Part shown: piece by piece, positions 29,254-38,317 of the stretch | Layout: every line of letters starts with the position of its first letter | How positions within the stretch are numbered: the stretch's first letter is position 1 | Source of the DNA: Candidatus Doudnabacteria bacterium | GTDB lineage: Bacteria; Patescibacteriota; Doudnabacteria; UBA920 | Direction of reading: 5' to 3' | Assembly (NCBI GenBank): GCA_016218585.1 | Contig: JACRDK010000030.1 | Span: 24,277-88,276 of the forward strand | Length of the DNA stretch: 64,000 nucleotides | Made by a program: the position numbers and the translations under genes | Notes under the pieces: generated by a model | What the model saw: only the letters and a program-made list of their open reading frames with translations | Databases searched by the model: none | What the model was told of the DNA's origin: nothing

Positions 29254-29718
29254 ATGCCCGAAGAAATTTTAACCAAAACTGAAGACCAAGCAGCAGCCTC
29301 GGATAAAACCGAAGGTCTTGCTGATATGTCCGCAAAAATTAAGACCAGCAAGAAAAAGAAAGCCAAGGCGAAGATTACCAAAGGAAAAATTTTCATTAAC
29401 TCGACTTACAACAATACAATTGTTGTGCTTACCGATTTAATTGGAAATGTTTTAATTTGGAGCAGCGCAGGAAAAATTGGTTTTAAGGGTTCTAAAAAAT
29501 CCACTCCATACGCCGGCCAGAGAACTATGGAAGACGTTTTGGCCAGATTAAAAGAACGCGGCGTTTCCGAAGTTGATGTTTTAATTAAAGGCATTGGCTC
29601 CGGCAGAGAATCCGCAGTCAGAGCTCTTCAGGGAAGCGGTTTGAATGTGCTTACTATAAAAGACAAGACCCCAATTCCTCATGGCGGAGTAAGGCCAAAG
29701 AAACCGAGAAGAGTATAA
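29254..29718 (+). CDS. rpsK: 30S ribosomal protein S11 with N-terminal extension
   Basis: STYNNTI, GFKGSKKSTPYA and DKTPIPHGG motifs. Confidence 0.97.
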   Translation: MPEEILTKTEDQAAASDKTEGLADMSAKIKTSKKKKAKAKITKGKIFINSTYNNTIVVLTDLIGNVLIWSSAGKIGFKGSKKSTPYAGQRTMEDVLARLKERGVSEVDVLIKGIGSGRESAVRALQGSGLNVLTIKDKTPIPHGGVRPKKPRRV

Positions 29719-29800
29719 ACTTCCAAGATTTAGGGTTTAAGATTGCAAATTTACCGCATAATAAATCTTAATTCATTATTCATAATTCTTAATTCTATTT

Positions 29801-30409
29801 ATGAGATATACAGGACCAAAAGCCAAAAAAGCCAGACGCCTTGGAATGGCATTCACTGCCAAAGATGCCAAGATTCTTCAAAAAAGAAACTTTGCTCCGG
29901 GACAGCACGGCCAAAACCGCGTTAGACTTTCTGAATACGGACTTCAGCTTCGCGAGAAGCAAAAAGCCAAAATTTCCTATGGCGTTTTGGAAAAGCAGTT
30001 TGAAAACTATTTCAAAAAAGCATTAAAGCAAGCCGGCGTTACCGGTGACAATTTGTTGAAAATGCTGGAAACCAGACTGGATAACATTGTTTACAGAATG
30101 GGTTTTGCGGAAACCAGAGCGCAGGCCAGACAGCTCGTCAACCATGGTTTTTTTGAAGTTAACGGTAAAAAAGTTGACATTCCTTCCTATCAGGTAAAAG
30201 TAGGCGATACAGTTGCCATAAGAGCGGTAAAGCAGAAGAAAGCCTATCTCGATAAGATTAAAGACAAATTAAAAGCTTTTCAGTCATTGGACTGGATTCA
30301 GGTTAATCCAAGCAGCTTCTCCGGCAAAGTTTTAAGTTCTCCGGTGGTAGACAGCTTAGGCACACAGATTAACACCCAGTTAATTGTTGAACACTACAGC
30401 CGCACTTAA
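29801..30409 (+). CDS. rpsD: 30S ribosomal protein S4
   Basis: RYTGP, PGQHG, SEYGLQLREKQK and LETRLDN motifs. Confidence 0.98.
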   Translation: MRYTGPKAKKARRLGMAFTAKDAKILQKRNFAPGQHGQNRVRLSEYGLQLREKQKAKISYGVLEKQFENYFKKALKQAGVTGDNLLKMLETRLDNIVYRMGFAETRAQARQLVNHGFFEVNGKKVDIPSYQVKVGDTVAIRAVKQKKAYLDKIKDKLKAFQSLDWIQVNPSSFSGKVLSSPVVDSLGTQINTQLIVEHYSRT

Positions 30410-30517
30410 TTAGTCGGCAAATTAAAACAAAAATTTAAAAATTTATTTAATAATTTTTTCGGATCATTCGCCGCGAGGCGAATAAAGTCCGCATTTAATC
30501 CTTGGAGGTTAAATTTT

Positions 30518-31459
30518 ATGGAAGCAATCTCTCTGCCAAATCGTGCTAAAGTTACAGATTTAGGCAATAACAAATATAGCCTAACATTAGAGCCTCTTTA
30601 TCCTGGTTATGGTGTTACCATTGGCAACGCTATGCGCAGGGTCTTGTTGTCTTCTATGCCGGGTGCCGCGGTTACTTCGGTTAAGATTAAATTTGTTGAC
30701 CACGAATTTTCAACTATCCCGAATGTTAAGGAAGATGTTATCCAAATTATTTTGGCTTTAAAACAGCTTCGCGTTAAAAGCTTTAGCGCTGAGCCGGTAA
30801 AATTGAGCGTAAAAGTTAAGGGTGAAAAGGTTGTTACCGCCGCTGATATTAAAGAAACCGACCAGGTCCAGGTAATTAACAAAGACCTCCACATTGCTAC
30901 CTTAGACAACAAAAATTCCGAATTCGATATGGAATTAACAGTTGAACAAGGCCGCGGTTATGTTCCGGTAGAAGCTCGCGAAAATTTGAAGCCGGAAGTC
31001 GGAGTAATTGCCATAGACGCAATTTTTACCCCGGTAAAATCCGTTCACTTTGATGTTTCTAACGTCCGCGTTGGTCAGTTAACCAACTTTGATAAGCTGG
31101 AAATTGTAATGGAAACCGACGGCAGCTTAGGCGGCCAGGAAGCAGTAGATATTTCCGCTCATATTTTGGTAGACCACTTTGCAATGATGTTCTCCAACGA
31201 ATTTACCAAAGAAGAAGCGGTAATTGCTCCGGAAATCCCAAGCATGGATGATTCTATGGAAGCTGAAGAAGCAGTTGCTTCAGGCGAAGAAAACGAAATC
31301 CAGGCCTCCACTCTTTCCACCCGCGCCAAGAACGCGCTGGTAAAAAATGATATAACCACTATGGCCGCTTTGGAAGCATTGTCCAACGAACAGATTAACA
31401 CTATGGCGGGTTTGGGCGATAAAACTATTAAAGAAATTCTTGAATTTTTGAAAAGATAA
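30518..31459 (+). CDS. rpoA: RNA polymerase alpha subunit
   Basis: EPLYPGYGVTIGNAMRRVLLSS, GRGYVP and IDAIFTPV motifs. Confidence 0.98.
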   Translation: MEAISLPNRAKVTDLGNNKYSLTLEPLYPGYGVTIGNAMRRVLLSSMPGAAVTSVKIKFVDHEFSTIPNVKEDVIQIILALKQLRVKSFSAEPVKLSVKVKGEKVVTAADIKETDQVQVINKDLHIATLDNKNSEFDMELTVEQGRGYVPVEARENLKPEVGVIAIDAIFTPVKSVHFDVSNVRVGQLTNFDKLEIVMETDGSLGGQEAVDISAHILVDHFAMMFSNEFTKEEAVIAPEIPSMDDSMEAEEAVASGEENEIQASTLSTRAKNALVKNDITTMAALEALSNEQINTMAGLGDKTIKEILEFLKR

Positions 31460-31477
31460 TTAGAAGTTTTTAATTTT

Positions 31478-31822
31478 ATGAGGCATCAAAAGAAGAAAAA
31501 AATCGGCAAAGGAATGGATCACAGAAGAAAGCTGCTTAGAACATTGGCTTCCTCTCTGATTTTGTATGAAAAAATCGAAACCTCTTACGCCAACGCGCGT
31601 GGAGCTAAAAGCTATGTGGAAAAGGCAATTACCAGAGCCAAAGAAAACACATTGCATAACCACAGAATTTTGCTGAGCCTTCTTTCCCCGATGGCCGTTA
31701 AAAAAGCCCTGGAAGTTGTCGGACCGAAGTATAAAGAAAGAAAAGGCGGCTATACCAGACTTACTAAGTTAAACAATCCGAAAGCCGGAGCCTCTAAAGC
31801 CTTATTAGAATTAGTCGACTAA
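31478..31822 (+). CDS. rplQ: 50S ribosomal protein L17
   Basis: MRHQK...HRRKLLR...GGYTR; operon position. Confidence 0.95.
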   Translation: MRHQKKKKIGKGMDHRRKLLRTLASSLILYEKIETSYANARGAKSYVEKAITRAKENTLHNHRILLSLLSPMAVKKALEVVGPKYKERKGGYTRLTKLNNPKAGASKALLELVD

Positions 31823-31846
31823 ATTTACGGGAGTTAACATAATTTT

Positions 31847-32254
31847 ATGAAATCTCAAACACTCACATTACCAAAGAAAGTCCAGCGCAAATGGCACGAA
31901 GTTGATTTGTCCAAGAAACCCTTGGGCAGAGCAGCTACCGAAATTGCTAATTTTTTGCGCGGCAAACACAAGAGAGATTTTGTCCCTCACGTGGATATGG
32001 GCGACTATGTTGTTGCTATTAACGCCGACAACCTGCAGCTTTCCGGACGCAAAGTCCAGCAAAAACTTTATTTCCGCCACTCCGGTTACCTGGGAGGCAT
32101 AAAGCAGACAGCGCTGAAAGATTTAATCCAAACCAATCCAGAAGAAGTTGTTAAAAAAGCAGTCTTTAGCATGATCGACGACCTAAAATTCCGCAAGAAG
32201 ATTATGTCCCGTTTGAAAATTGTTAAAGGTTCTAAACACGAATATAAAGTTTAA
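31847..32254 (+). CDS. rplM: 50S ribosomal protein L13
   Basis: LGRAAT, LRGKHK, DMGDYV and HSGYLGG motifs. Confidence 0.97.
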   Translation: MKSQTLTLPKKVQRKWHEVDLSKKPLGRAATEIANFLRGKHKRDFVPHVDMGDYVVAINADNLQLSGRKVQQKLYFRHSGYLGGIKQTALKDLIQTNPEEVVKKAVFSMIDDLKFRKKIMSRLKIVKGSKHEYKV

Positions 32255-32268
32255 TTAATATCAGATTC

Positions 32269-32823
32269 ATGCCTACTAAGTCTACAACACCCAAAACAGC
32301 TACCAAGGCTGTAAAAAAGCCAAAAGCACCGGTTCATAAAAAACCGGCAGCAGTTGCTGAAAAAGCAGTTGCCGAAGAAGTCGTAACAACAGCACCGGCT
32401 GTTTTAGAGCTGGGCGAAAAGAAACATTTGGCCAAAGGTAAATATATTTTTGCCACCGGCAGAAGAAAGACCGCCATTGCCAATGTTCGCTTGTTCGAAG
32501 GAAAAGGGGACAGTATGGCTAACAAAAAGCCAGTTGAACAGTATTTCGGCTACGCTTTCTTTAATGAAGAAATTAAGAAACCATTTGAAGTTACAGGTTT
32601 GCTGAATAACTACCACTACGTTTCTCATTTAAACGGCGGCGGTATGCACTCTCAGGCCCAAGCTTTAAGACATGGAATTTCCATTGCTTTGAGCAAGTTG
32701 TCTGAAGAAGTCCGCAAAGTGTTAAAGAAGAATGGTTTGCTTACCCGCGATGACCGTAAAAAAGAAAGAAAGAAGCCAGGCTTGAAAAGAGCCCGCCGCT
32801 CCCCACAGTGGGCAAAACGTTAA
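32269..32823 (+). CDS. rpsI: 30S ribosomal protein S9 with K/A/P-rich N-terminal extension
   Basis: TGRRKTA, GGG..QA, LTRDDRKKERKKPG and QWAKR motifs. Confidence 0.97.
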   Translation: MPTKSTTPKTATKAVKKPKAPVHKKPAAVAEKAVAEEVVTTAPAVLELGEKKHLAKGKYIFATGRRKTAIANVRLFEGKGDSMANKKPVEQYFGYAFFNEEIKKPFEVTGLLNNYHYVSHLNGGGMHSQAQALRHGISIALSKLSEEVRKVLKKNGLLTRDDRKKERKKPGLKRARRSPQWAKR

Positions 32824-32877
32824 TTTTGACCACCCTGAGCAGAGTCGAATGGATGGGCAAAACGTTAATCTACATTC

Positions 32878-32907
32878 AAAACCACCCGAGAAATCGGGTG
32901 GTTTTTT
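32878..32907 (+). terminator. Intrinsic terminator of the ribosomal operon
   Basis: aaaaccacccga-gaaa-tcgggtggttttt. Confidence 0.85.
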
Positions 32908-32992
32908 GGCTTTACATTACTAGTTTTTAGTGATATCATTTAATGTCTTTCAAGATGTAAGCTTGAATGACCGTTTGGACAAGGAGTGGTAA

Positions 32993-33343
32993 ATGAAGAC
33001 TTGGCATATCGCGTTTTTTGTAATAGCCGCTTCGGTTGCTGTGCTTCTCTACTATCATCAACCGATGCATGCCAGACCCGTCAACCAAGAAGTTGCGGAA
33101 GAGCTCCGATCGCTGAACACTGGGGATCTTCTCGTCGACAATGTCGGGGAAGTTTCTGCTGTTATGGGTCATGTCGGCCACGACATGATTGAACTGCGGA
33201 ACACCCGCGATACTCGTTATGAGATGAACGTCGACACTCTGGCGATGTTGCCGGAGAGGATACAGATTGTCCGCCGGGGCACCGCCAGCTATGAAAACTG
33301 CGCCGCGGCCTATATCAAGAAGGAGCGGTGCAAAATCCAGTAG
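32993..33343 (+). CDS. Orphan exported/membrane-anchored protein, GC-rich
   Basis: SD aaggag, N-terminal hydrophobic helix, own terminator downstream. Confidence 0.65.
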   Translation: MKTWHIAFFVIAASVAVLLYYHQPMHARPVNQEVAEELRSLNTGDLLVDNVGEVSAVMGHVGHDMIELRNTRDTRYEMNVDTLAMLPERIQIVRRGTASYENCAAAYIKKERCKIQ

Positions 33344-33372
33344 TCCGGCGCTTTACGCCAGCTGTCTCGCTT

Positions 33373-33414
33373 TAACACCCCCTTTGCCGCAAGGCTCTGG
33401 GGGTGTTACTTTTT
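33373..33414 (+). terminator. Intrinsic terminator
   Basis: taacaccccc...gggggtgtta-cttttt. Confidence 0.7.
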
Positions 33415-33475
33415 GCTCAAATTTGAGTATGATATAATGTAGATAATAATTAAAAAACTAAAAACAACAAAATCT

Positions 33476-34246
33476 ATGGAAAATGTCTTGCCAAAATGGC
33501 TGGTTACAGGCTTGGGCGGTTTGCTTATCGCCTTTGTCGCTTTACTAGTCATCCAACAGTCTTACAATGTTAAGACTTTAGTCAAAAATCAAAAGCCAAC
33601 CAATACCATCTCAGTTTCCGCTGAGGGTAAAATAAAAGCAGTGCCGGATTTGGCCACTGTAAGCATTGGTGTTATGTCGCAGGGCGCAACAGCCGCTGCG
33701 GTTAAAGATTCCAACAATGGAAAAATCAACAAAATTATAGACTTTATAAAAGCGCAAGGAATACCAGCCGAAGACATTACCACTTCCCAGTTCAGCTTTT
33801 ATCCGCAGCAGGATTGGCAGAACGGCAAGGGGACTATTATTGGCTACCAAAGCGACCAGACTGTTTCTGTAAAAGTAAAAGGCGTAGATAAAACCCAGGA
33901 CGTTTTAGAAAAAGTTTTGGATGGCGCGGTAAATAACGGCGCAAACCAAATCCAGGGTGTTTCTTTCAGCTTTGAGAAGCCGGAAGATGTGCAGCAGGAA
34001 GCCAGAAAACAGGCTATAGACAACGCAAAAACCAAAGCTCAAGGATTGGCTCAGGAAGCCGGCTTAACTCTTGGAAAAGTTGTGAGCATTTCCGAAACCA
34101 ACTCCGCTATGGGTTCTCCTGTTATGTATAATGCGGTTGCCAGCGGCTTAGGCGGCGGCGGAATGGACAAATCCATTGCTCCTAATGTTGAACCTGGAAG
34201 CCAGGACATTACTGAAAGCATGACTGTGGTGTTTGAAGTCAAATAA
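33476..34246 (+). CDS. SIMPL (DUF541/YggE) family protein
   Basis: ISVSAEG...PDLA, GANQI, AR..AI..AK.KA..LA and PGSQDI motifs. Confidence 0.9.
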   Translation: MENVLPKWLVTGLGGLLIAFVALLVIQQSYNVKTLVKNQKPTNTISVSAEGKIKAVPDLATVSIGVMSQGATAAAVKDSNNGKINKIIDFIKAQGIPAEDITTSQFSFYPQQDWQNGKGTIIGYQSDQTVSVKVKGVDKTQDVLEKVLDGAVNNGANQIQGVSFSFEKPEDVQQEARKQAIDNAKTKAQGLAQEAGLTLGKVVSISETNSAMGSPVMYNAVASGLGGGGMDKSIAPNVEPGSQDITESMTVVFEVK

Positions 34247-34272
34247 AAAACAGATTTACAGATACCTACAGA

Positions 34273-34307
34273 TAAAAACTACCACCCTTTTGGGGTGGTA
34301 GTTTTTA
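34273..34307. terminator. Bidirectional terminator between SIMPL (+) and rnpB (-)
   Basis: taaaaactaccaccc-tttt-ggggtggtagttttta. Confidence 0.85.
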
Positions 34308-34309
34308 TT

Positions 34310-34924
34310 GCGCCAAGCAAACTCATAAGCCGAATTCTGTTTTAAAATAATCATCTATCTTGTCCCGATGTTGCCATCGGGATCGAGCAGCCTACCAAAT
34401 TTGGCCTTGCACTCAAGTAAGGATTTGGCCGTTTCACTCCCGCATTGCTGCGGGAACAGTCCAGCTCTTTTTTGCAAAAGGGTTGGACTACTTAGCCTTT
34501 CGGCATCAGTCGTTTCTGTTCGCACCTCTAGGATTACTCCCGACGGGAATTACCCGCTACCATTCTTGATAACTCTATAGAGGTTATCAAATAAGTGTTC
34601 GGACTTTCCTCCCCGCCCTTTGGATTGCATTAAAGACAATTTTGAATGCGCTTGCGTAAGTGCCCCCACGAGCTACCATATTGCTTAAGCTTAATTTCTC
34701 TTATTAGCGCATCCTTTTTATTAGCGTACGCTTCGTAATAAACTAATTTAAACGGAGCGTAAGCTTTTGTCGCTGTTTCTTTAGAAGCATTATGTTGAGA
34801 AAATCTTGCTTTTAAATCACCGGTTTGACCGATGTAAATAAAATCAGACTTTATACTCTTAATTATGTAAACATAATGCATATGCAATCCAAAGAGCGGG
34901 GCGATTATTCGGTTTGCTTGGAGC
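34310..34924 (-). ncRNA. rnpB: RNase P RNA, interrupted in P3 by a ~250-nt protein-coding insert
   Basis: Minus strand carries GAGGAAAGUCCGAA, AACAGAAAC, GUGAAACGG and ACAGAAUUCGGCUUAU; P1 ccaagcaaac/gtttgcttgg; P2 aataatc/gattatt; P4 shows GUCCGAA/UUCGGCU pairing. Confidence 0.95.
34630..34881 (-). CDS. GIY-YIG nuclease (small, ~83 aa) nested in rnpB
   Basis: MHYVYIIKS...IYIGQTGDLKARFSQHN...TK...KLVYYEAY...A..RE..LK; probable start is the ATG at 34881 rather than 34941. Confidence 0.92.
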   Translation of the reverse strand: MHYVYIIKSIKSDFIYIGQTGDLKARFSQHNASKETATKAYAPFKLVYYEAYANKKDALIREIKLKQYGSSWGHLRKRIQNCL

Positions 34925-34931
34925 AACCAGT

Positions 34932-34960
34932 ATAATAGCATTATTTGACATTAATGTCAA
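34932..34960 (-). promoter_or_regulatory. Probable rnpB promoter; its -35 lies within the palindrome ttgacattaatgtcaa
   Basis: Minus strand TTGACA-17 bp-(TGC)TATTAT about 8 nt before the P1 5' end. Confidence 0.65.
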
Positions 34961-35016
34961 TATATAGTGTAATATAACCCTTTTTCTTAAGAAAAAGACG
35001 TGGTATAATAAGGAGT

Positions 35017-36450
35017 ATGAAAAAGACCGAACTTCTTTTTAACTTAATTTCCATTCCGGTGGACGCTATTTCCTTGCTTTGTGCGGGAATTGCGTCTTTT
35101 TATTTGCGCCAAAAAACCACCACCATTGTCGGGCCAATTATTTACCAATTGGAAATAAACAGTTTCCTGTCCGTGGTCTACAAAATAATTTTGTTTTTAA
35201 TTATCCTGTTTGCGCTGCTTGGTTTGTATAACTTAAAGGGCACCCGCAAATTTATTTCTGAGTTGGGCAGGATTGTCGTCGGCGAGTCGCTCGGGCTTTT
35301 GCTAGTTATATTATTATTCTTTTTTAATCAAAATATTTTCCCATCCAGGTTCATAATTTTGGCTACTTGGGGTTTAGGGATAGTTTTTGTTATTTGCGGC
35401 CGTTTAATTTTAAAACTTTTCCAGACATTTTTGTTTGCTAAAAATATCGGCCTGCATAAATTAATTGTTATAAAAGGCGGCGTGGAGCAGCCGGTTATTG
35501 AGAGCGTTTATAAAAACAGGCGCAATGGCTACGAAATTGTAGCCGAATTGCCGGTCAATGAAAAACTTTTGGAAAAACTGGAAGAGTTTTACAACCGCGG
35601 ACAAATAGACGAAATTCTCCAAACTAACGCCGGATTGGGTGACGCTGATAATTTAAAATTGGTTCAGTTTGCCCGCGGCAAAGGGCTAAAGTTTAGTTTT
35701 GTTCCAAATTTGTTCGAGGTGCAGCGCAACATTATTGAAACAGAAAGCGTGAATGGCTTGCCGGTAATTAGTTTAAAAAATACCCCGTTGGACGGCTGGG
35801 GAAAAGTTATAAAAAGAATTTTGGATGTTGTTGTGAGTTTTGTTTGCCTGTTGTTAACCTCGCCGCTTTTTTTAATAATTACAATTGCAATTAAACTTGA
35901 TTCCAAAGGCAAAGCAATATACTCCGCCTTGCGCGGAGGCCGCGGAAAAGATTTTCGGTTTTACAAATTCCGCAGCATGTATCAGCACTTAAGCGTTGGA
36001 AAAGAATATGGCGGGGAAAACGCGGAAAAAATCAGGCAGGAGCTGTGGCATAAAAATGACCGCGGCGGGGAAAATGGCCCGTTCTTAAAAATTAAGGACG
36101 ACCCCAGGGTTACTAAAGTTGGGAAGTTTTTGCGCCGCAGCAAGTTAGACGAAATTCCGCAGTTTTGGAATGTATTAAAAGGGGATATGAGCATGGTTGG
36201 TCCCAGGGCTCATGTTTTGGACGAAGTTGAACGTTATAGGAACCGCTATCCAAGAATGTTTAGCATTAAGCCGGGAATTTTTGGGCTTTCCCAAATTGCC
36301 CAGGTATCCTGGCCGGACTTGCCGTTTGAAGAAGAAATTCGCCTAAATACTTTTTACATAGAAAATTGGTCCGTCTGGCTGGACATAAAAATTTTGGCAA
36401 AGACTTTTTGGCTGTTATTTTTTGCCAAAAAACCAAAAACCGATTATTAA
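35017..36450 (+). CDS. Undecaprenyl-phosphate sugar-phosphate transferase (WcaJ/WbaP-like)
   Basis: KRILD, YKFRSM, DDPRVTKVG, LDEIPQFWNVLKGDMSMVGPR and KPGI motifs. Confidence 0.93.
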   Translation: MKKTELLFNLISIPVDAISLLCAGIASFYLRQKTTTIVGPIIYQLEINSFLSVVYKIILFLIILFALLGLYNLKGTRKFISELGRIVVGESLGLLLVILLFFFNQNIFPSRFIILATWGLGIVFVICGRLILKLFQTFLFAKNIGLHKLIVIKGGVEQPVIESVYKNRRNGYEIVAELPVNEKLLEKLEEFYNRGQIDEILQTNAGLGDADNLKLVQFARGKGLKFSFVPNLFEVQRNIIETESVNGLPVISLKNTPLDGWGKVIKRILDVVVSFVCLLLTSPLFLIITIAIKLDSKGKAIYSALRGGRGKDFRFYKFRSMYQHLSVGKEYGGENAEKIRQELWHKNDRGGENGPFLKIKDDPRVTKVGKFLRRSKLDEIPQFWNVLKGDMSMVGPRAHVLDEVERYRNRYPRMFSIKPGIFGLSQIAQVSWPDLPFEEEIRLNTFYIENWSVWLDIKILAKTFWLLFFAKKPKTDY

Positions 36451-36459
36451 ATTTTAAAC

Positions 36460-37617
36460 ATGAATGTTGCCTTAGCTCATGATAGTTTAACGCAGTTGGG
36501 GGGTGCTGAGCGCGTGCTGGATGCTTTGCACGAAGTTTATCCAGACTCTCCGGTTTTTGTTTTAGTGATGGACAAAAAGCTTAAGCAAAAATATCAGGCC
36601 TGGGATATTCGCACTTCGTGGCTGCAGGTTATTTATAATTTTTTGCCAAAACTGCAGTATTTGTTGCCGTTAATTCCTTTGGCTGTTTCCTCTTTAGATT
36701 TTAGCGGCTACGACGTGGTAATTTCTTCCAGCTCAGGGTTTATTAAAAATATAAAAACCCCCAAAAATAGCATTCATATAAATTATTGCCATACTCCTAC
36801 CAGATTTTTGTGGAGCGAACCGGAATATGTTGACCAGGAAGTGCCAAAAATTTTAAGGCCGCTGGCAAAATTATTTTTAGCCTGGATGAAAAAATGGGAC
36901 TTTAAGGGCGCGCAAAGAGTAAATTATTTTTTAGCCAATTCCAAAGAAGTGCAAAAAAGAATTACTCAATATTATAAACGCGGAAGCGAAGTAATTTATC
37001 CATTTGTTGATACAGCTTTCTGGAAGCCAAGTAAGTGGCGTCATTCTGAGGGATTGCAGCCGACCGAAGAATCCCAAAATGGAAATCCAACGAATCTCGT
37101 TCAAAATGCCGCAGCAGGCAAAAGCAACTATTTTTTGTTAGCCGGACGGCTGCAAGCGCACAAAATGAATGAATTGATAATAAATATTTTTAATAAACTA
37201 AAACTGCCGCTCCATGTAGTTGGAACCGGCAGGCAGGAAGAATATTTAAAATCAATTGCCGGCCCCAATATTACTTTTTTAGGCCGGGTTACCGATGAGC
37301 AGTTAAGAAGTGAATACAGCTCGGCATTGGCTTTTATTTACCCCCAGGTGGAAGATTTTGGCCTTATGCCGCTGGAAGCTGCCGCTTGTGGGACCGCAAC
37401 GATTGCTTACGGCAAAGGTGGCGCGCTTGAGACAGTTATGCAGAATGCCACAGGAGAGTTTTTTTATTCATATAATCCGGAAGAGATTTCCAAACTAATA
37501 ATTTCCTTTAATCCGGAAAAATATTCTCAAGAAGTCTTCCGCCGCCAGGCAGAAAAATTTAGTAAGGATAAATTTAAAAGCGAAATTGTAAATTTTATTA
37601 ATTCTTTAAATTTATAA
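36460..37617 (+). CDS. GT4 glycosyltransferase (WbaZ-like) with in-frame palindromic insert
   Basis: GGAERVL, YCHTPTR and EDFGLMPLEA motifs. Confidence 0.9.
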   Translation: MNVALAHDSLTQLGGAERVLDALHEVYPDSPVFVLVMDKKLKQKYQAWDIRTSWLQVIYNFLPKLQYLLPLIPLAVSSLDFSGYDVVISSSSGFIKNIKTPKNSIHINYCHTPTRFLWSEPEYVDQEVPKILRPLAKLFLAWMKKWDFKGAQRVNYFLANSKEVQKRITQYYKRGSEVIYPFVDTAFWKPSKWRHSEGLQPTEESQNGNPTNLVQNAAAGKSNYFLLAGRLQAHKMNELIINIFNKLKLPLHVVGTGRQEEYLKSIAGPNITFLGRVTDEQLRSEYSSALAFIYPQVEDFGLMPLEAAACGTATIAYGKGGALETVMQNATGEFFYSYNPEEISKLIISFNPEKYSQEVFRRQAEKFSKDKFKSEIVNFINSLNL

Positions 37618-37618
37618 T

Positions 37619-38311
37619 ATGGAACTTAAAAATAAAGTAATTGTTATAACTGGTTCTAGTAAAGGCTTAGGTAAGGGTTTGGCTAAGGCATTTATTCAAC
37701 ATGGTTCCATTGTTGTTTTAAATGGCAGAAATAAAACCGAGTTAGATTCAGCCGCTAAAGAGCTTAATTGCTTTGCGCTAGTTGGTGATGTCTCCAAAGA
37801 GCAGGAGCTTGAAAGTTTAAAAGATAAAGTGTTAGAGAAATATGGAAAAATTGACGTATGGATTAACAATGCGGGCTTTTGGATTCCGCGTTCTACGGTG
37901 GAAGATACTGACTGGGCCGGGGTTGCTCACAAATTGTTTGAGGTTAATTTTTTCGGAACAGTTTTTGGCTCTAAAGTTGCCCTAACACAAATGAGGCGTC
38001 AAGGTTCCGGCGTTATTATAAATATTTTATCAACTGGGGCATTGGATGGCAGAGAAAAATCTTCGGCTTATCGTTCAAGTAAATTTGCTGCTGCTGGCTT
38101 TACCAAGTGTTTAAGGAGAGAGCTTGCTGGCAGCGGAATATCAGCGCTTTCAATTTATCCCGGTGGAATGAAAACTAATTTATTTGATGCAGAGATTCCA
38201 GAAGACTTTGATAAATATATGGAAGTCGATTTTGTAGCAGACAAGATTCTAAATAATCTTTTGAGTGACAAATCGGAAGAAGAATTAATTATTGCCAGGC
38301 CAAATAGATAA
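37619..38311 (+). CDS. Short-chain dehydrogenase/reductase
   Basis: ITGSSKGLG, INNAG and YRSSK motifs. Confidence 0.92.
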   Translation: MELKNKVIVITGSSKGLGKGLAKAFIQHGSIVVLNGRNKTELDSAAKELNCFALVGDVSKEQELESLKDKVLEKYGKIDVWINNAGFWIPRSTVEDTDWAGVAHKLFEVNFFGTVFGSKVALTQMRRQGSGVIINILSTGALDGREKSSAYRSSKFAAAGFTKCLRRELAGSGISALSIYPGGMKTNLFDAEIPEDFDKYMEVDFVADKILNNLLSDKSEEELIIARPNR

Positions 38312-38317
38312 TTTATT

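Noticed and set aside
34360-34580. Plus-strand ORFs 34360-34569 and 34368-34580
   Set aside because: Antisense shadows of the RNase P RNA
34882-34941. 20-aa N-terminal extension of the GIY-YIG ORF given in the track
   Set aside because: It runs through P1-P3 of rnpB and starts upstream of the likely transcription start; the family motif begins at the ATG at 34881
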